The notes under the pieces: model-generated
What the model was told of the DNA's origin: nothing
What the model saw: only the letters and a program-made list of their open reading frames with translations
Database searches by the model: none
Program-made: the position numbers and the translations under genes
In this document: positions 19,691 through 29,252 of the stretch, one piece after another
Layout of the letters: the number at the start of each line of letters is the position of its first letter
Position numbering within the stretch: position 1 is the first letter of the stretch
DNA from: an uncultured bacterium
GTDB lineage: Bacteria > CSSED10-310 > CAZUFC01
Assembly (NCBI GenBank): GCA_964619725.1
Contig: CAZUFC010000025.1
Span: forward strand, 1 to 64,000
Direction of reading: 5' to 3'
Length of the DNA: 64,000 nucleotides

Positions 19691-20626
19691 TCAGACAAGG
19701 GCCATTTCTTCCAGTTTTTCAATAACCTGTTTGACGCCGTAGGCAGAGTTGTTCAACGCTTCCTGCTCATCGTCATTAAGCGTCAGTTCAATGATTTTTT
19801 CAACGCCGCCTTTGCCGAGAATGATCGGAACGCCCACAAACAGCCCTTCAATGCTGTATTCGCCTCTCAGGTAGGCTGAACAGGGAAGAATTCTCTTTTT
19901 ATCCCTGATGATGCATTCGACCATTTCAGCGGCCGAAGCGGCGGGCGCCCAGAATGCGCTGCCGGTTTTAAGGTATGAAACGATTTCCGCTCCGCCTTTC
20001 CTGGTGCGTTCGACCAGTTTTTCAATTTTATCTTTTGTCATAATTTCCGGTAAAGGAATACCGCAAACGGTCGTGTAACGGGGCAGAGGCACCATGGCAT
20101 CTCCGTGACCGCCTAGGACCAGCGCGGTAGTATCTTTAACGCTGACGCCGAGTTCAGAAGCGATGAAGTATCTGAAGCGGGTCGAATCCAGTATTCCGGC
20201 CATTCCGACGACCCGTTTCAATGCGAAACCGGTGGTTTTAAGAGCCATGTAACTCATCACGTCCAAAGGATTCGCCACCATAACTATCGTGGAATCAGGC
20301 GCGTATCTCGCTATCTCCTGAGAAACGCTTTTATTGATTTTAGCGTTCACCTGGAGAAGATCGTCGCGTGACATGCCCGGCTTCCTGGCTACTCCAGCCG
20401 TCACAACCACCACGTCCGAATCTTTCATGGCCGAAAAATCTTCGGTTCCATAGATATCGGTGTCATATTTACGAATAGGGGCCGCCTGAATAGCGTCCAT
20501 CCCTCTTCCGCGGGCGAGCCCTTTAATGACGTCGATAAGAACTACGTCAGCAATTCTCTTTTCTGCAATATACAAAGCCGCTGTGGCGCCGACATTTCCG
20601 CTGCCGATTATAGACACTTTTGCCAT
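19691..20626 (-). CDS. mdh: LDH-like malate dehydrogenase (canonical)
   Basis: GSGNVG, TAGVARKPGMSRDDL, ANPLD, LDSTR, GGHGD. Confidence 0.93.
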   Translation of the reverse strand: MAKVSIIGSGNVGATAALYIAEKRIADVVLIDVIKGLARGRGMDAIQAAPIRKYDTDIYGTEDFSAMKDSDVVVVTAGVARKPGMSRDDLLQVNAKINKSVSQEIARYAPDSTIVMVANPLDVMSYMALKTTGFALKRVVGMAGILDSTRFRYFIASELGVSVKDTTALVLGGHGDAMVPLPRYTTVCGIPLPEIMTKDKIEKLVERTRKGGAEIVSYLKTGSAFWAPAASAAEMVECIIRDKKRILPCSAYLRGEYSIEGLFVGVPIILGKGGVEKIIELTLNDDEQEALNNSAYGVKQVIEKLEEMALV

Positions 20627-20628
20627 TT

Positions 20629-21576
20629 TTATTCCTCCTTCTCGTCGCTTTCAAGGTCCAAGGCTTTAATAGCATTCCTTACTACGGTAGCCGATTTGTC
20701 GAACGCTTCTTTTTCCTCCAGAGTCAAATCCAGTTCGATTATTCTTTCAATGCCTTTTTGACTTAGTTGAACGGGAACGCCCAGGCATATATCCTTGTGA
20801 CCATACTCGCCGTCAAGATAAACAGGAGCGCAAAGAATCCGCTTGGTATTTCGTATTATCGCTTCAACGGTGTCGGCTACTGCAGCGCCCGGCGCATAAG
20901 AAGCGCTTCCAGTCTGCAGATTTTTGACTATATCGTTTCCAGCTTTCCTGGTCATTCCAACGATCGTTTCGATTTTTTCAGGCGATAATATTTCCCCTAT
21001 GGGTATTCCTTCAACTCGGCAATACCGGGGAAGAATGACCATGTAATCATGATGTCCGCCCAGGATCAGGGCCGTCATATTAACGCTGGACAAATTCAAT
21101 TCGCGGGCGACGAATTCGCGCAACCGGGTCGAGTCCAGGTCTCCTGATACCCCCATAACCTTTTTGGAACTGAAACCGCCCTTTTTCACGAGATAGTATG
21201 AAGTGGTATCCACAGGTTCCGTCAGATTGATGATGACGGCTTCAGGCGCGTGTCTTTTGATCTCCTGAGTAATTTGATCGACAACGGGAATATTATGCTC
21301 CAGAAGGTCCAGACGCATCATTTCCGGTTTTCGCACTTTTCCTGCCGCAATCACGACGACTTTTGAACCGGCCATATCGCTGAAATTGTCAGAACCGTCG
21401 ACCATTACGTCGTATCCCCTTATCGGAGCCGCCTCCATTAGGTCGAGAGCTTTCCCCCTTGCGCGTCCTTGCTCGACATCAATCAGCAGGATGTCGGCGA
21501 TGTTTTTTTCCGCAAGGTAAAATGCGGCGGCCGTTCCAACATTACCGGCTCCCAGAATGGTAACTTTTTCCACCAT
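20629..21576 (-). CDS. mdh: LDH-like malate dehydrogenase paralog (divergent)
   Basis: GAGNVG, RKPEMMR, LDSTR, GGH retained; NP changed to EP and GGHGD to GGHHD. Confidence 0.8.
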   Translation of the reverse strand: MVEKVTILGAGNVGTAAAFYLAEKNIADILLIDVEQGRARGKALDLMEAAPIRGYDVMVDGSDNFSDMAGSKVVVIAAGKVRKPEMMRLDLLEHNIPVVDQITQEIKRHAPEAVIINLTEPVDTTSYYLVKKGGFSSKKVMGVSGDLDSTRLREFVARELNLSSVNMTALILGGHHDYMVILPRYCRVEGIPIGEILSPEKIETIVGMTRKAGNDIVKNLQTGSASYAPGAAVADTVEAIIRNTKRILCAPVYLDGEYGHKDICLGVPVQLSQKGIERIIELDLTLEEKEAFDKSATVVRNAIKALDLESDEKEE

Positions 21577-21776
21577 TTTCCTCCTTTAACGACAAATGTT
21601 ATCCTCACAAGTCACAAGTCTTAACATAAAAACTAATTAAACTAAAATCAAGACGTATTTGTAAGAAAGGGCAAAAAATCGAAAATATTCCGCGCTCTTC
21701 AGGCATGCTTCAGGCGGAGTATGAATCCTGAAGAGCCGTCGACCGACGTTTATCGGTCTGCATTTCCTGCGAATCA

Positions 21777-21804
21777 GGCGGATTCGTTTTGAAGCGAATC
21801 CGCC
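21777..21804. terminator. Hairpin downstream of frdA-like gene
   Basis: GGCGGATTCG / CGAATCCGCC 10-bp arms; a second inverted repeat (GCTCTTCAGG/CCTGAAGAGC) lies at about 21694-21736. Confidence 0.45.
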
Positions 21805-21905
21805 GTTAATTACATTGATGATTATAAAGCAAAAAGATGAGAAGGCGACTTCAGCCCTCCCAGAGAAACCGAAAGGGTAAGCGCTTGAGAATCACGTCCG
21901 TCGCA

Positions 21906-23567
21906 TCAAGAGATGTCGATCATGCGCGACAGGGCGGCTTTCCCTCGATATTCGGGCAGAAGTATGGGGGCTTTTCGTTTCGTTTCGATTCCCGCATCTC
22001 TCAGCATGCTGACGTATTTAGAAACGTGTTTGAGAGTCAATTGACCGTTTTTAAGTCCATCTTTGACCATTTTAGCAGCGCTGATGCCAGACCTTCTTCC
22101 GAAGACCATGGTATCGAGAGTGGAGTTGCCCATAAGTCTGTTTTTGCCGTGGACGCCGCCGGAAACTTCGCCGGCGACCCAAAGTCCTTCGAGACTCGTT
22201 TTACCCCAGGGATCGGTTTCCACGCCGCCGTTCTGGTAATGGAGGGTGGGGAAGACCAGGACGGGGTTTTTACTGATGTCGATGTCATGCCTGGCGAACA
22301 TTCTTTTCATGCCGGGAAAAGCTTTTTCGATATAGCCTTCGCCGTTTTTCAATTCAATGAGAGGGGTATCGAGCCAAACGCCGCGAAGACCCGTAGGCGT
22401 AGTGATGCCTTTATCATTGCCGTAGCATTCCCTGATGATGGCCGCGGCTTCGACGTCTCTGGGTTCCATGGGGAAGACGAAAGCTTCTCCGTCCCTGTTG
22501 ATGGGTTGAGCTCCGGAAGTTCTGAGTTTTTCAGTAAGGAGATAACCGATGATTTGCAAAGGATAGGCAGCCCCGGTAGGATGGTATTGAACAGTATCGA
22601 GGTCTTTGAGATTTGCGCCGGCTCTATAGGAGATGACCACTCCGTCGCAAGTGGCGCCGTAATGGTTCGTAGTGGGGAAACCCCTGATATGAAGCCTGCC
22701 GAAACCTCCCGTGGCTATAATGACGGCTTTGGCCCTGGCGACTTTGTATTCACTGGTCTCAATATTATAAAGCAAGGCGCCGCTGACTTTTCCGTCATAA
22801 TCCGTAAAAAGTTCGATAGCCGGGAAATGTTCGATGCATCCGATGCCGCGGCTTCTGAACTCATCCCTGATGACTCGGAATTCTTCAAGTCCCGTAAAAT
22901 CGCGGCAGGAATGCATACGTCTTATCGAAGTTCCTCCGCCGTATTTTTCGACGAAATCGCCGTTTTCTTCCCGGTCTATAAGTGCGCCGAGTTCCAGCAG
23001 CCAATGGATGATATAAGGAGCGTCTTCAACGAGGGCTCTTACGACGTCCGGTTTGTTGGCGTAGTGTCCTCCGCCGATAGTGTCGATGAAATGTCTGGTG
23101 ACGGAATCGACATCGCGGTCTGCAGCCTGAGTGCCTCCCTCGGCCATAATGGAATTGGCATCGCCGTGTCTGAGTTTATTGACCAGGAGAATCCGGTCAG
23201 CGGGTACGCCTTCCGTATTGGCCCAAATGGCTGCGCTCGTACCGGCCAGACCGCCTCCTATTATCATTACGTCAACATCATAATCTATTTTGCTTGCATC
23301 GATTTCCTCTTCTTCGACAAGAGGGTAAGCTTCCAGGAGGTCCGCTACCGGTTCAGGGGCCATGTCGCCCTTGTTGGGACCTATTTTTATTTCACGCTTG
23401 CCGCCGGTCACATAATCTGGATGAAACTGCGACAGCACTTCATTCTGCTGTTCCGGCGTCATTGCCGGGGGCGTGTAATGCAAACGCTCTTTTCTGGTCT
23501 TGTGGACCACCTGCATTAATTCATAAATATCCTGCGGATAACCTTCCATATATTTTGCTTCAGCCAT
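21906..23567 (-). CDS. Soluble fumarate reductase-type flavoprotein (TfrA/FrdA-like), lacking the covalent-FAD His
   Basis: GGGLAG, NSIMAEGG, QYHPT, TEKLR, PRDV, HYQNGG, HGKNRLMGNS. Confidence 0.85.
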   Translation of the reverse strand: MAEAKYMEGYPQDIYELMQVVHKTRKERLHYTPPAMTPEQQNEVLSQFHPDYVTGGKREIKIGPNKGDMAPEPVADLLEAYPLVEEEEIDASKIDYDVDVMIIGGGLAGTSAAIWANTEGVPADRILLVNKLRHGDANSIMAEGGTQAADRDVDSVTRHFIDTIGGGHYANKPDVVRALVEDAPYIIHWLLELGALIDREENGDFVEKYGGGTSIRRMHSCRDFTGLEEFRVIRDEFRSRGIGCIEHFPAIELFTDYDGKVSGALLYNIETSEYKVARAKAVIIATGGFGRLHIRGFPTTNHYGATCDGVVISYRAGANLKDLDTVQYHPTGAAYPLQIIGYLLTEKLRTSGAQPINRDGEAFVFPMEPRDVEAAAIIRECYGNDKGITTPTGLRGVWLDTPLIELKNGEGYIEKAFPGMKRMFARHDIDISKNPVLVFPTLHYQNGGVETDPWGKTSLEGLWVAGEVSGGVHGKNRLMGNSTLDTMVFGRRSGISAAKMVKDGLKNGQLTLKHVSKYVSMLRDAGIETKRKAPILLPEYRGKAALSRMIDIS

Positions 23568-23659
23568 TTATCATTTCCTCCGAAAAACCGAGACCGAATT
23601 TAATGAATAATTCCGGCGGAATATAGTCTTAATTCCACCCTTAAAAAATCTGAACTGCT

Positions 23660-24424
23660 TTATTCGGCTTCCGATTCGCGTTCACGCGATTCATAAAGTC
23701 TGGTCAATTCCTCTTTATCCAAAGCAGTGAGTTTTTCCATCTCTTCATCGAATTTACCCTGAGCCAATTCCTCCAATCTTCTCTTCAGGTGTTCCGGTTC
23801 AGGACAGCCGTATCTGCCGTACATCCTCCGGCCCAACTGCGCCACGTGATAATGAACGATTTCAGCAGGACACCTGATGGCGCATAAACCGCACTGAATG
23901 CAATCGAACGATATCTCCGCCACTTCCTCAAAATCTCCCCTCAATGCCGCCTGAATATAATCCATAACCTCCAGGTCCTGGGGACAGGCTTTTGTACAAG
24001 TATTACACGAAACGCAGCGGGCTATTTCGGGAAAATACTTCAGGAAAACGTTCGGATGATACTCCTCTTTCGAAATATCATAAGCGGGTTTTACTGCAGG
24101 AGAGAAAGGAATCTGAACCAGGTGCATCCCGTCTTCCACTCTTGTCTGGCAGGCCAGGTCCGTTTCGAGTTTATATTCACCCTGTCTCCGATAAACGGTG
24201 GAACAGGCTCCGCAGAAGCCCTGACGGCAGCCTACGGCCCTGACGAGTTTATAGCCGGCGTATTCCATAGCGTTAAGAATGGTCAAATCGGCGGGAACCT
24301 TATATCCTTTTCCCATGATGTAGATGGTGGCCCATTCTTTGATGTCCTTGTCATCAATCCCGGTAGTCACCGACGATGTGGCGTCGGCTATTTTTTGCAT
24401 AATGTCTATCTTTTCTTCAGCCAT
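23660..24424 (-). CDS. Fumarate reductase-type iron-sulfur subunit ([2Fe-2S] + 2x[4Fe-4S])
   Basis: GCRQGFCGAC...LAC; CVSCNTCTKACP; CIQCGLCAIRCP. Confidence 0.85.
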   Translation of the reverse strand: MAEEKIDIMQKIADATSSVTTGIDDKDIKEWATIYIMGKGYKVPADLTILNAMEYAGYKLVRAVGCRQGFCGACSTVYRRQGEYKLETDLACQTRVEDGMHLVQIPFSPAVKPAYDISKEEYHPNVFLKYFPEIARCVSCNTCTKACPQDLEVMDYIQAALRGDFEEVAEISFDCIQCGLCAIRCPAEIVHYHVAQLGRRMYGRYGCPEPEHLKRRLEELAQGKFDEEMEKLTALDKEELTRLYESRERESEAE

Positions 24425-24439
24425 TTTGTCGCTCTTCCT

Positions 24440-25333
24440 TCAGAGAATATTTTTTTGCTTTAACAAAGGCAGCGGATTGACGCGATTTAATTCGAATCCG
24501 CAAACATTTTCATTCAAGCCGAAAGCGCAAGCCATGAGTTGCGTGAAATACAAAACAGGCATTTGCTCGAAATCGGCATATTTTTCCGTTACTTCCTTCT
24601 GCCGGTCGTCAAGATTGAACATACACAGAGGACAGCTCGTAATCATAGCTTCGGCGCCGGCATCGCGGGCGTGAGAAATGATGTCGTAGGTCAGATCGAC
24701 AACCATTTCTTTGTTCGATACGGTCTGGTAGTTGCCGCAACATACGCTCCTGTAAGGATTCTCCACGACTTCAGCTCCCAGAGCTTCGAGCAGCATGTTG
24801 TAGATGAGAGGATTTTCAGGGTCGTCGATTCCACTTTCTTTGGGTCGCATCAGCATACAATCGTAATAAGGCGCGACTTTCAGCCCCTCAAGAGGTTTTA
24901 CCGTTTTTTCCTTCACTTTGTCGAAGCCTATTTCCTTTAATAATTCCAAGAAGTGAACGACCTCGACATTCCCCTCATAGTCCTGTTCAAGATAAGCCAG
25001 ACTATTGATTTTTTCCAAATCCTCCGCGTTTTCTTTCAGTCTTATGTTGGTCCTTTTCAACGTGTTGAAACACATGGAGCATAAAGTCACCAAGCGTCTT
25101 TCATTGTCTACGAGACCGTTTTGATTCATTTCCTGAACGCGAATGAATACGCGTGCCGGCGCTATATGATGCATCAGGTCGTCGGCCGCCAGAGAATATA
25201 CGGTCCCGCAACAATTCCAGCGGGGAAGTTCCACTAATTCCAAGCCCAGTACTTCAGCAGACGCCAGGGCTGAGCTTTCAAAACCCTTGGCGCTGGTTTT
25301 TAGAGAGCATCCTGGATAATACGGCAGTTTCAT
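24440..25333 (-). CDS. hdrB: Heterodisulfide reductase subunit B (two CCG domains)
   Basis: YYPGC, WNCCG, CSMC, YYDC, CCG, CPLC.FNLD. Confidence 0.93.
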   Translation of the reverse strand: MKLPYYPGCSLKTSAKGFESSALASAEVLGLELVELPRWNCCGTVYSLAADDLMHHIAPARVFIRVQEMNQNGLVDNERRLVTLCSMCFNTLKRTNIRLKENAEDLEKINSLAYLEQDYEGNVEVVHFLELLKEIGFDKVKEKTVKPLEGLKVAPYYDCMLMRPKESGIDDPENPLIYNMLLEALGAEVVENPYRSVCCGNYQTVSNKEMVVDLTYDIISHARDAGAEAMITSCPLCMFNLDDRQKEVTEKYADFEQMPVLYFTQLMACAFGLNENVCGFELNRVNPLPLLKQKNIL

Positions 25334-25348
25334 TTTGTTCCCACTTTT

Positions 25349-25753
25349 CTATCCTGTCATTTTACGGAAGCTGCTGACCAGTGCGATTTGCGGCAGCCTC
25401 TTGATCTCATCCTCAGGTATACATCTGATTTCGATATGATCCTTGGCTTTCCTCAGCGAAATTTGACGTAATGCCTCTGCAACTTTCGAAGGATCAAGGC
25501 CGCGAGGGCATCTGACGGTGCAGGTAAAACAAGAAGCGCAAATCCACATGGCTTTTGATTCGCAGACATCCTCCTGACCCAGTTGAACTTTACGCATCAT
25601 CTGGGATGGAGTGATATCCATTTCCGATACCATAGGGCAACTTCCCGAACAGGTCCCGCACTGTTCGCACAGCGTCACGACCTCGCCCGACAAAGTTTCC
25701 ACTTTTTCCACGAATTTCGTGTTTTTATCAGTCAATATTACTTTTTTAACCAT
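25349..25753 (-). CDS. hdrC: Heterodisulfide reductase subunit C
   Basis: CEQCGTCSGSCP, WICASCFTCTVRCP. Confidence 0.92.
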   Translation of the reverse strand: MVKKVILTDKNTKFVEKVETLSGEVVTLCEQCGTCSGSCPMVSEMDITPSQMMRKVQLGQEDVCESKAMWICASCFTCTVRCPRGLDPSKVAEALRQISLRKAKDHIEIRCIPEDEIKRLPQIALVSSFRKMTG

Positions 25754-25824
25754 AAGTTACTCCCAGCAAATACAAATTTGAAGAGCCAGTCGAAGAACCG
25801 GTCCCTTAAGGAATATCCTGAAAG

Positions 25825-26250
25825 TTAAGTTTTTTCTTTAACTTTCAGATTCAGGGGACCGAGTTTTTTAATATCTTCCGTGAATTCTTTAACGACTCGA
25901 CCGAATTTGACGCCCTCGGAGGCGGAAACCCAGTCAAGTCGAAGTCTTTCTGAATCAATGCCCAACTGTTCCAGCGTTTTTTTGAGCAGGATGGCCCTTC
26001 GTAGAGTTTTGTAATTGCCGTTGACATAATGGCAGTCGCCGAGGTGGCAACCGGCGATAAGGACTCCATCGGCGCCTTCATTAAAGGCGTTAAGGATATG
26101 AGAAGGTTCGACCCTGCTGGAACACATGACTCTGATAGGGATCATGTTGACGGGGTATTGAACTCTGGAGGTGCCTGCCAGATCGGCGCCGAGGTAAGAA
26201 CACCAGTTGCACAGAAAACCGATAATTTTAGGTTTAAATTCTTCTCCCAT
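25825..26250 (-). CDS. mvhD: MvhD/FlpD [2Fe-2S] subunit
   Basis: FLCNWCSYLGADLAG, RVMCSSRV, GCHLGDCHY. Confidence 0.93.
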   Translation of the reverse strand: MGEEFKPKIIGFLCNWCSYLGADLAGTSRVQYPVNMIPIRVMCSSRVEPSHILNAFNEGADGVLIAGCHLGDCHYVNGNYKTLRRAILLKKTLEQLGIDSERLRLDWVSASEGVKFGRVVKEFTEDIKKLGPLNLKVKEKT

Positions 26251-26256
26251 TTGAAT

Positions 26257-28197
26257 TTACTCCAATGCTTTTTCAACCATCGCTAAAATCTGGTTAGAAG
26301 TGAATCCTCTTTGTTCCATGGCCCCTGAGGGGCAAGTAGCCGCGCAATTTCCGCAGCATTTGCATAAAACGGTATTGACGTTCGAAATTCTTTTACCGTT
26401 TTTAACTTCGAGTGAAATAGCCGAGTAAGGACAGACTGCAACGCAAGCGCCGCATCCTGAACAAACATCCTCATCGACCAGTGATGTGTAGGGGTCCGCA
26501 ATGAATTTTCCCGGATTCATCAGAGTTATCGCTCTGGCAGCGGCGGCGCTGCCCTGTGCGACGCTGTCTGGAATGTCCTTGGGACCCTGGACGGTTCCCG
26601 CGACGAAGACGCCTTCGGATAGAGTATCGACCGGTCTGAATTTGGGATGCGCTTCTTTCAGAAAACCGTCATCCCCCTTGGCCAGCCTCAGAAGCTCCGC
26701 AACGATGCCGGTTCCCTCATGGGGTATCATGCCGACGGAAAGAATGACTGAATCGAATTCCGATTCGATAATATCTCTGGAGAGCGTATCTTCTGCTTTA
26801 AGAAGAATTCTTCCGTTATGCATGTTTTCCTGTAATTGAGCGACGCGTCCCCTGATAAATTTCACCCCTTCTCTCTGCGCTCTTTTATAGTATTCCTCGA
26901 ATCCTTTTCCGTAGGCTCTGAGGTCCGTATAGAAAATATAGACGTCTTTGGATTTGTCGGTTCTTTTCAGCAACTGGGCCAATTTGCTTGCGTACATGCA
27001 GCAGATTCTGGAGCAGTATTCGTTTCCGCACTGTTCGTCTCTGGAGCCGACGCATTGAATAAAGGCGATTCTTTTACCGAGGTCGGTGATGGGTTCGCCT
27101 TCGGTAGCGTGTGCAATAATTCTTTCCAGTTCCAAGGAAGTATAGACGTTATCGAATTTGCCGAAGCCGTAGACGGCCTTTTGCGTGGCGTCGAAAACCT
27201 GATAACCTGTTGAGACAATGATCGTATCGACGGTGAAAGTTAATTCCTGTGGTTTATCGTCGTAATTGATGGCGTTGGGTTCGCAAACTTCTGAGCATTT
27301 AGTGCAAGCCAGGGGGAAAAGGCCCAGGCATGATTCGGAGTCAAGGATGTAGGTGTGAGGAACAGCGATGGAGTTGGGCAGGTAGATGGCTCTTCGGGAG
27401 GTCAGTCCTTCGTCTTGTTCGTTGGGGACGACGACGGGGCAGACATCTTCGCATTTTTCACAGCAGGTGCAGAGCGACGGATCGACGAAGGTGGGTTTCT
27501 TTCTGACCGTAACCTGATAGTTACCCAGAAAACCGTCCACACTCAGCAATTCCGTGCTGGTCATCAGTTCGATGTTGGGATTTGCGGGAACGTCGGCCAT
27601 TTTGGGCGAAAGAATACAGGCGGCGCAGTCTTCCGTGGGGAAGGTCCTGGAGAGTTTAACCATGTGACCGCCTATGGATGGTTCTTTCTCAACAAGATAA
27701 ACCTTGAAGCCTGCATTGCCGAGGTCAAGAGCGGCCTGGATGCCGGCAATACCGCCGCCGACGACCAGGACTCTTTTGCCGACAGGCATTGACAATTTTT
27801 CCAGAGGTTCATCCAATCTTGCTTTTGTAATGGCCATATTGGTGAGCGATTTCGCTTTTTCGGTCGCTTCCTCTTTAAAGCTGAAGTGGGGCCAGGAGCA
27901 TTGTTCGCGAATATTGGCCATTTCAAAGACATAAGGGTTCAATCCAGCTTTTTCCACTGTGGTCATGAACGTCGCACCCTGGAACTGGGGTGAGCATGCC
28001 GCTATGACTACGCGATCCAGTTTGTGTTCCTTGATGTCATCAATGACCAATCTTTGACCGACCTCAGAACACATATGAGTGTGATCCTTAACCATAACGA
28101 CGTCACCCTGTTGTTCCGCAAATCGCACTACTTGATCAATATCAACGACTTCAGCGATGTTGCTTCCACAGTGACAAACATATACACCGATTCTCAT
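26257..28197 (-). CDS. hdrA: Heterodisulfide reductase subunit A (canonical, 646 aa)
   Basis: GVYVCHCG.NI, AACSP, NIREQCSW, GGGIAG, TFPTEDCAAC, QCVGSR..YCSRICC, R.YGK..EE, GPKDIP, C-terminal ferredoxin. Confidence 0.95.
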   Translation of the reverse strand: MRIGVYVCHCGSNIAEVVDIDQVVRFAEQQGDVVMVKDHTHMCSEVGQRLVIDDIKEHKLDRVVIAACSPQFQGATFMTTVEKAGLNPYVFEMANIREQCSWPHFSFKEEATEKAKSLTNMAITKARLDEPLEKLSMPVGKRVLVVGGGIAGIQAALDLGNAGFKVYLVEKEPSIGGHMVKLSRTFPTEDCAACILSPKMADVPANPNIELMTSTELLSVDGFLGNYQVTVRKKPTFVDPSLCTCCEKCEDVCPVVVPNEQDEGLTSRRAIYLPNSIAVPHTYILDSESCLGLFPLACTKCSEVCEPNAINYDDKPQELTFTVDTIIVSTGYQVFDATQKAVYGFGKFDNVYTSLELERIIAHATEGEPITDLGKRIAFIQCVGSRDEQCGNEYCSRICCMYASKLAQLLKRTDKSKDVYIFYTDLRAYGKGFEEYYKRAQREGVKFIRGRVAQLQENMHNGRILLKAEDTLSRDIIESEFDSVILSVGMIPHEGTGIVAELLRLAKGDDGFLKEAHPKFRPVDTLSEGVFVAGTVQGPKDIPDSVAQGSAAAARAITLMNPGKFIADPYTSLVDEDVCSGCGACVAVCPYSAISLEVKNGKRISNVNTVLCKCCGNCAATCPSGAMEQRGFTSNQILAMVEKALE

Positions 28198-28367
28198 GTT
28201 ATTGTATCCCTCTACTTTATGTTTTCCTAAACATTACCGTTGCGTTGAAGGCAGTCTGAGCGTCCCTGCCGCAAGGACCAATCGCCTGGAAACGAGCATT
28301 TTGCGTTCGATGAAGCGTTAAGTTTTCTGTGATCGGGCTCATACTGCCGAGATTAAAAATTCCGAAT

Positions 28368-29237
28368 TTATGGGATTAAAGAAGCCAGAGTTTTTCCGAT
28401 GTCAGCGGGACTTCCGGCCACGGCAGCTCCGGCCTTTTTCAGCGCCTCTATTTTCTCAGGCGCGGTTCCTTTGCCGCCAGAGATAATGGCGCCGGCATGC
28501 CCCATACGTTTTCCCGGAGGCGCTGTTCTGCCTGCGATAAACGCTGCCACAGGTTTTTTGACTTCCCCCTTGATGAATTCCGCCGCTTCCTCTTCCGCTG
28601 TTCCTCCTATTTCCCCGATAAGGACAATGGCGTCGGTATCCGGGTCTTCATTGAACAGTTTAAGGTAATCGATGAAATTCATTCCAAGTATGGGATCGCC
28701 GCCCATGCCGATGCATGTCGATTGTCCTATGTCCCTTTCAGAGAGCTGGTGTATGGCTTCGTAAGTGAGGGTTCCGCTGCGCGATATGACGCCGACGGCG
28801 CCGGGCTTATGAATATATCCCGGCATAATTCCTATTTTGCACTTTCCGGGAGAAATGACGCCCGGGCAGTTCGGCCCTATCAGTCGAACGTCCGTGTTCT
28901 CAATGATTCTTTTTACTTTCACCATATCCAGTACGGGAATGCCTTCGGTTATGCATACGATCAGTTTAATTCCAGCGTCGGCCGCTTCCAGTATCGCATC
29001 TGCGGCGAATGCCGGAGGTACGAAAATCATGGTCGCGTCAGCGCCGGTGGTTTCCCTGGCTTCCGATACGGTATCAAAGACTGGAATTCCTTCCACTTCC
29101 TCGCCGCCTTTTCCCGGCGTAACTCCGCCGACTACTTTCGTGCCGTATTCAAGACAACGGAGAGTATGGAAGGCGCCGGCCTTTCCGGTAATACCCTGAC
29201 AAATCATTTTGGTTTTTTCATCTGCTAGAATCGACAT
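28368..29237 (-). CDS. sucD: Succinyl-CoA synthetase alpha subunit
   Basis: [27 protein letters not shown]. Confidence 0.96.
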   Translation of the reverse strand: MSILADEKTKMICQGITGKAGAFHTLRCLEYGTKVVGGVTPGKGGEEVEGIPVFDTVSEARETTGADATMIFVPPAFAADAILEAADAGIKLIVCITEGIPVLDMVKVKRIIENTDVRLIGPNCPGVISPGKCKIGIMPGYIHKPGAVGVISRSGTLTYEAIHQLSERDIGQSTCIGMGGDPILGMNFIDYLKLFNEDPDTDAIVLIGEIGGTAEEEAAEFIKGEVKKPVAAFIAGRTAPPGKRMGHAGAIISGGKGTAPEKIEALKKAGAAVAGSPADIGKTLASLIP

Positions 29238-29252
29238 TTTGCTCGCCCTTAC

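Noticed and set aside
12100-21707. 13-bp match CATGCCTGAAGAG upstream of hdrA' (12100-12112) and mdh (21695-21707, minus strand)
   Set aside because: A single 13-mer match among several kb of intergenic DNA is plausible by chance, and its position relative to the starts differs
21837-23519. 560-aa + strand ORF
   Set aside because: Antisense shadow of the frdA-like gene with no recognisable motifs; the same applies to other long antisense ORFs (e.g. 4004-4708, 28497-29228, 50507-51259)
21906-23567. L-aspartate oxidase (nadB) call
   Set aside because: Has a dedicated Fe-S partner and TCA/Hdr context, with no nadA or nadC nearby
24440-28197. Methanogenesis or archaeal origin implied by hdr/mvh genes
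   Set aside because: GGDEF/EAL protein, sigma70-like promoters and in-CDS SECIS hairpins indicate a bacterium; no mcr or mtr genes
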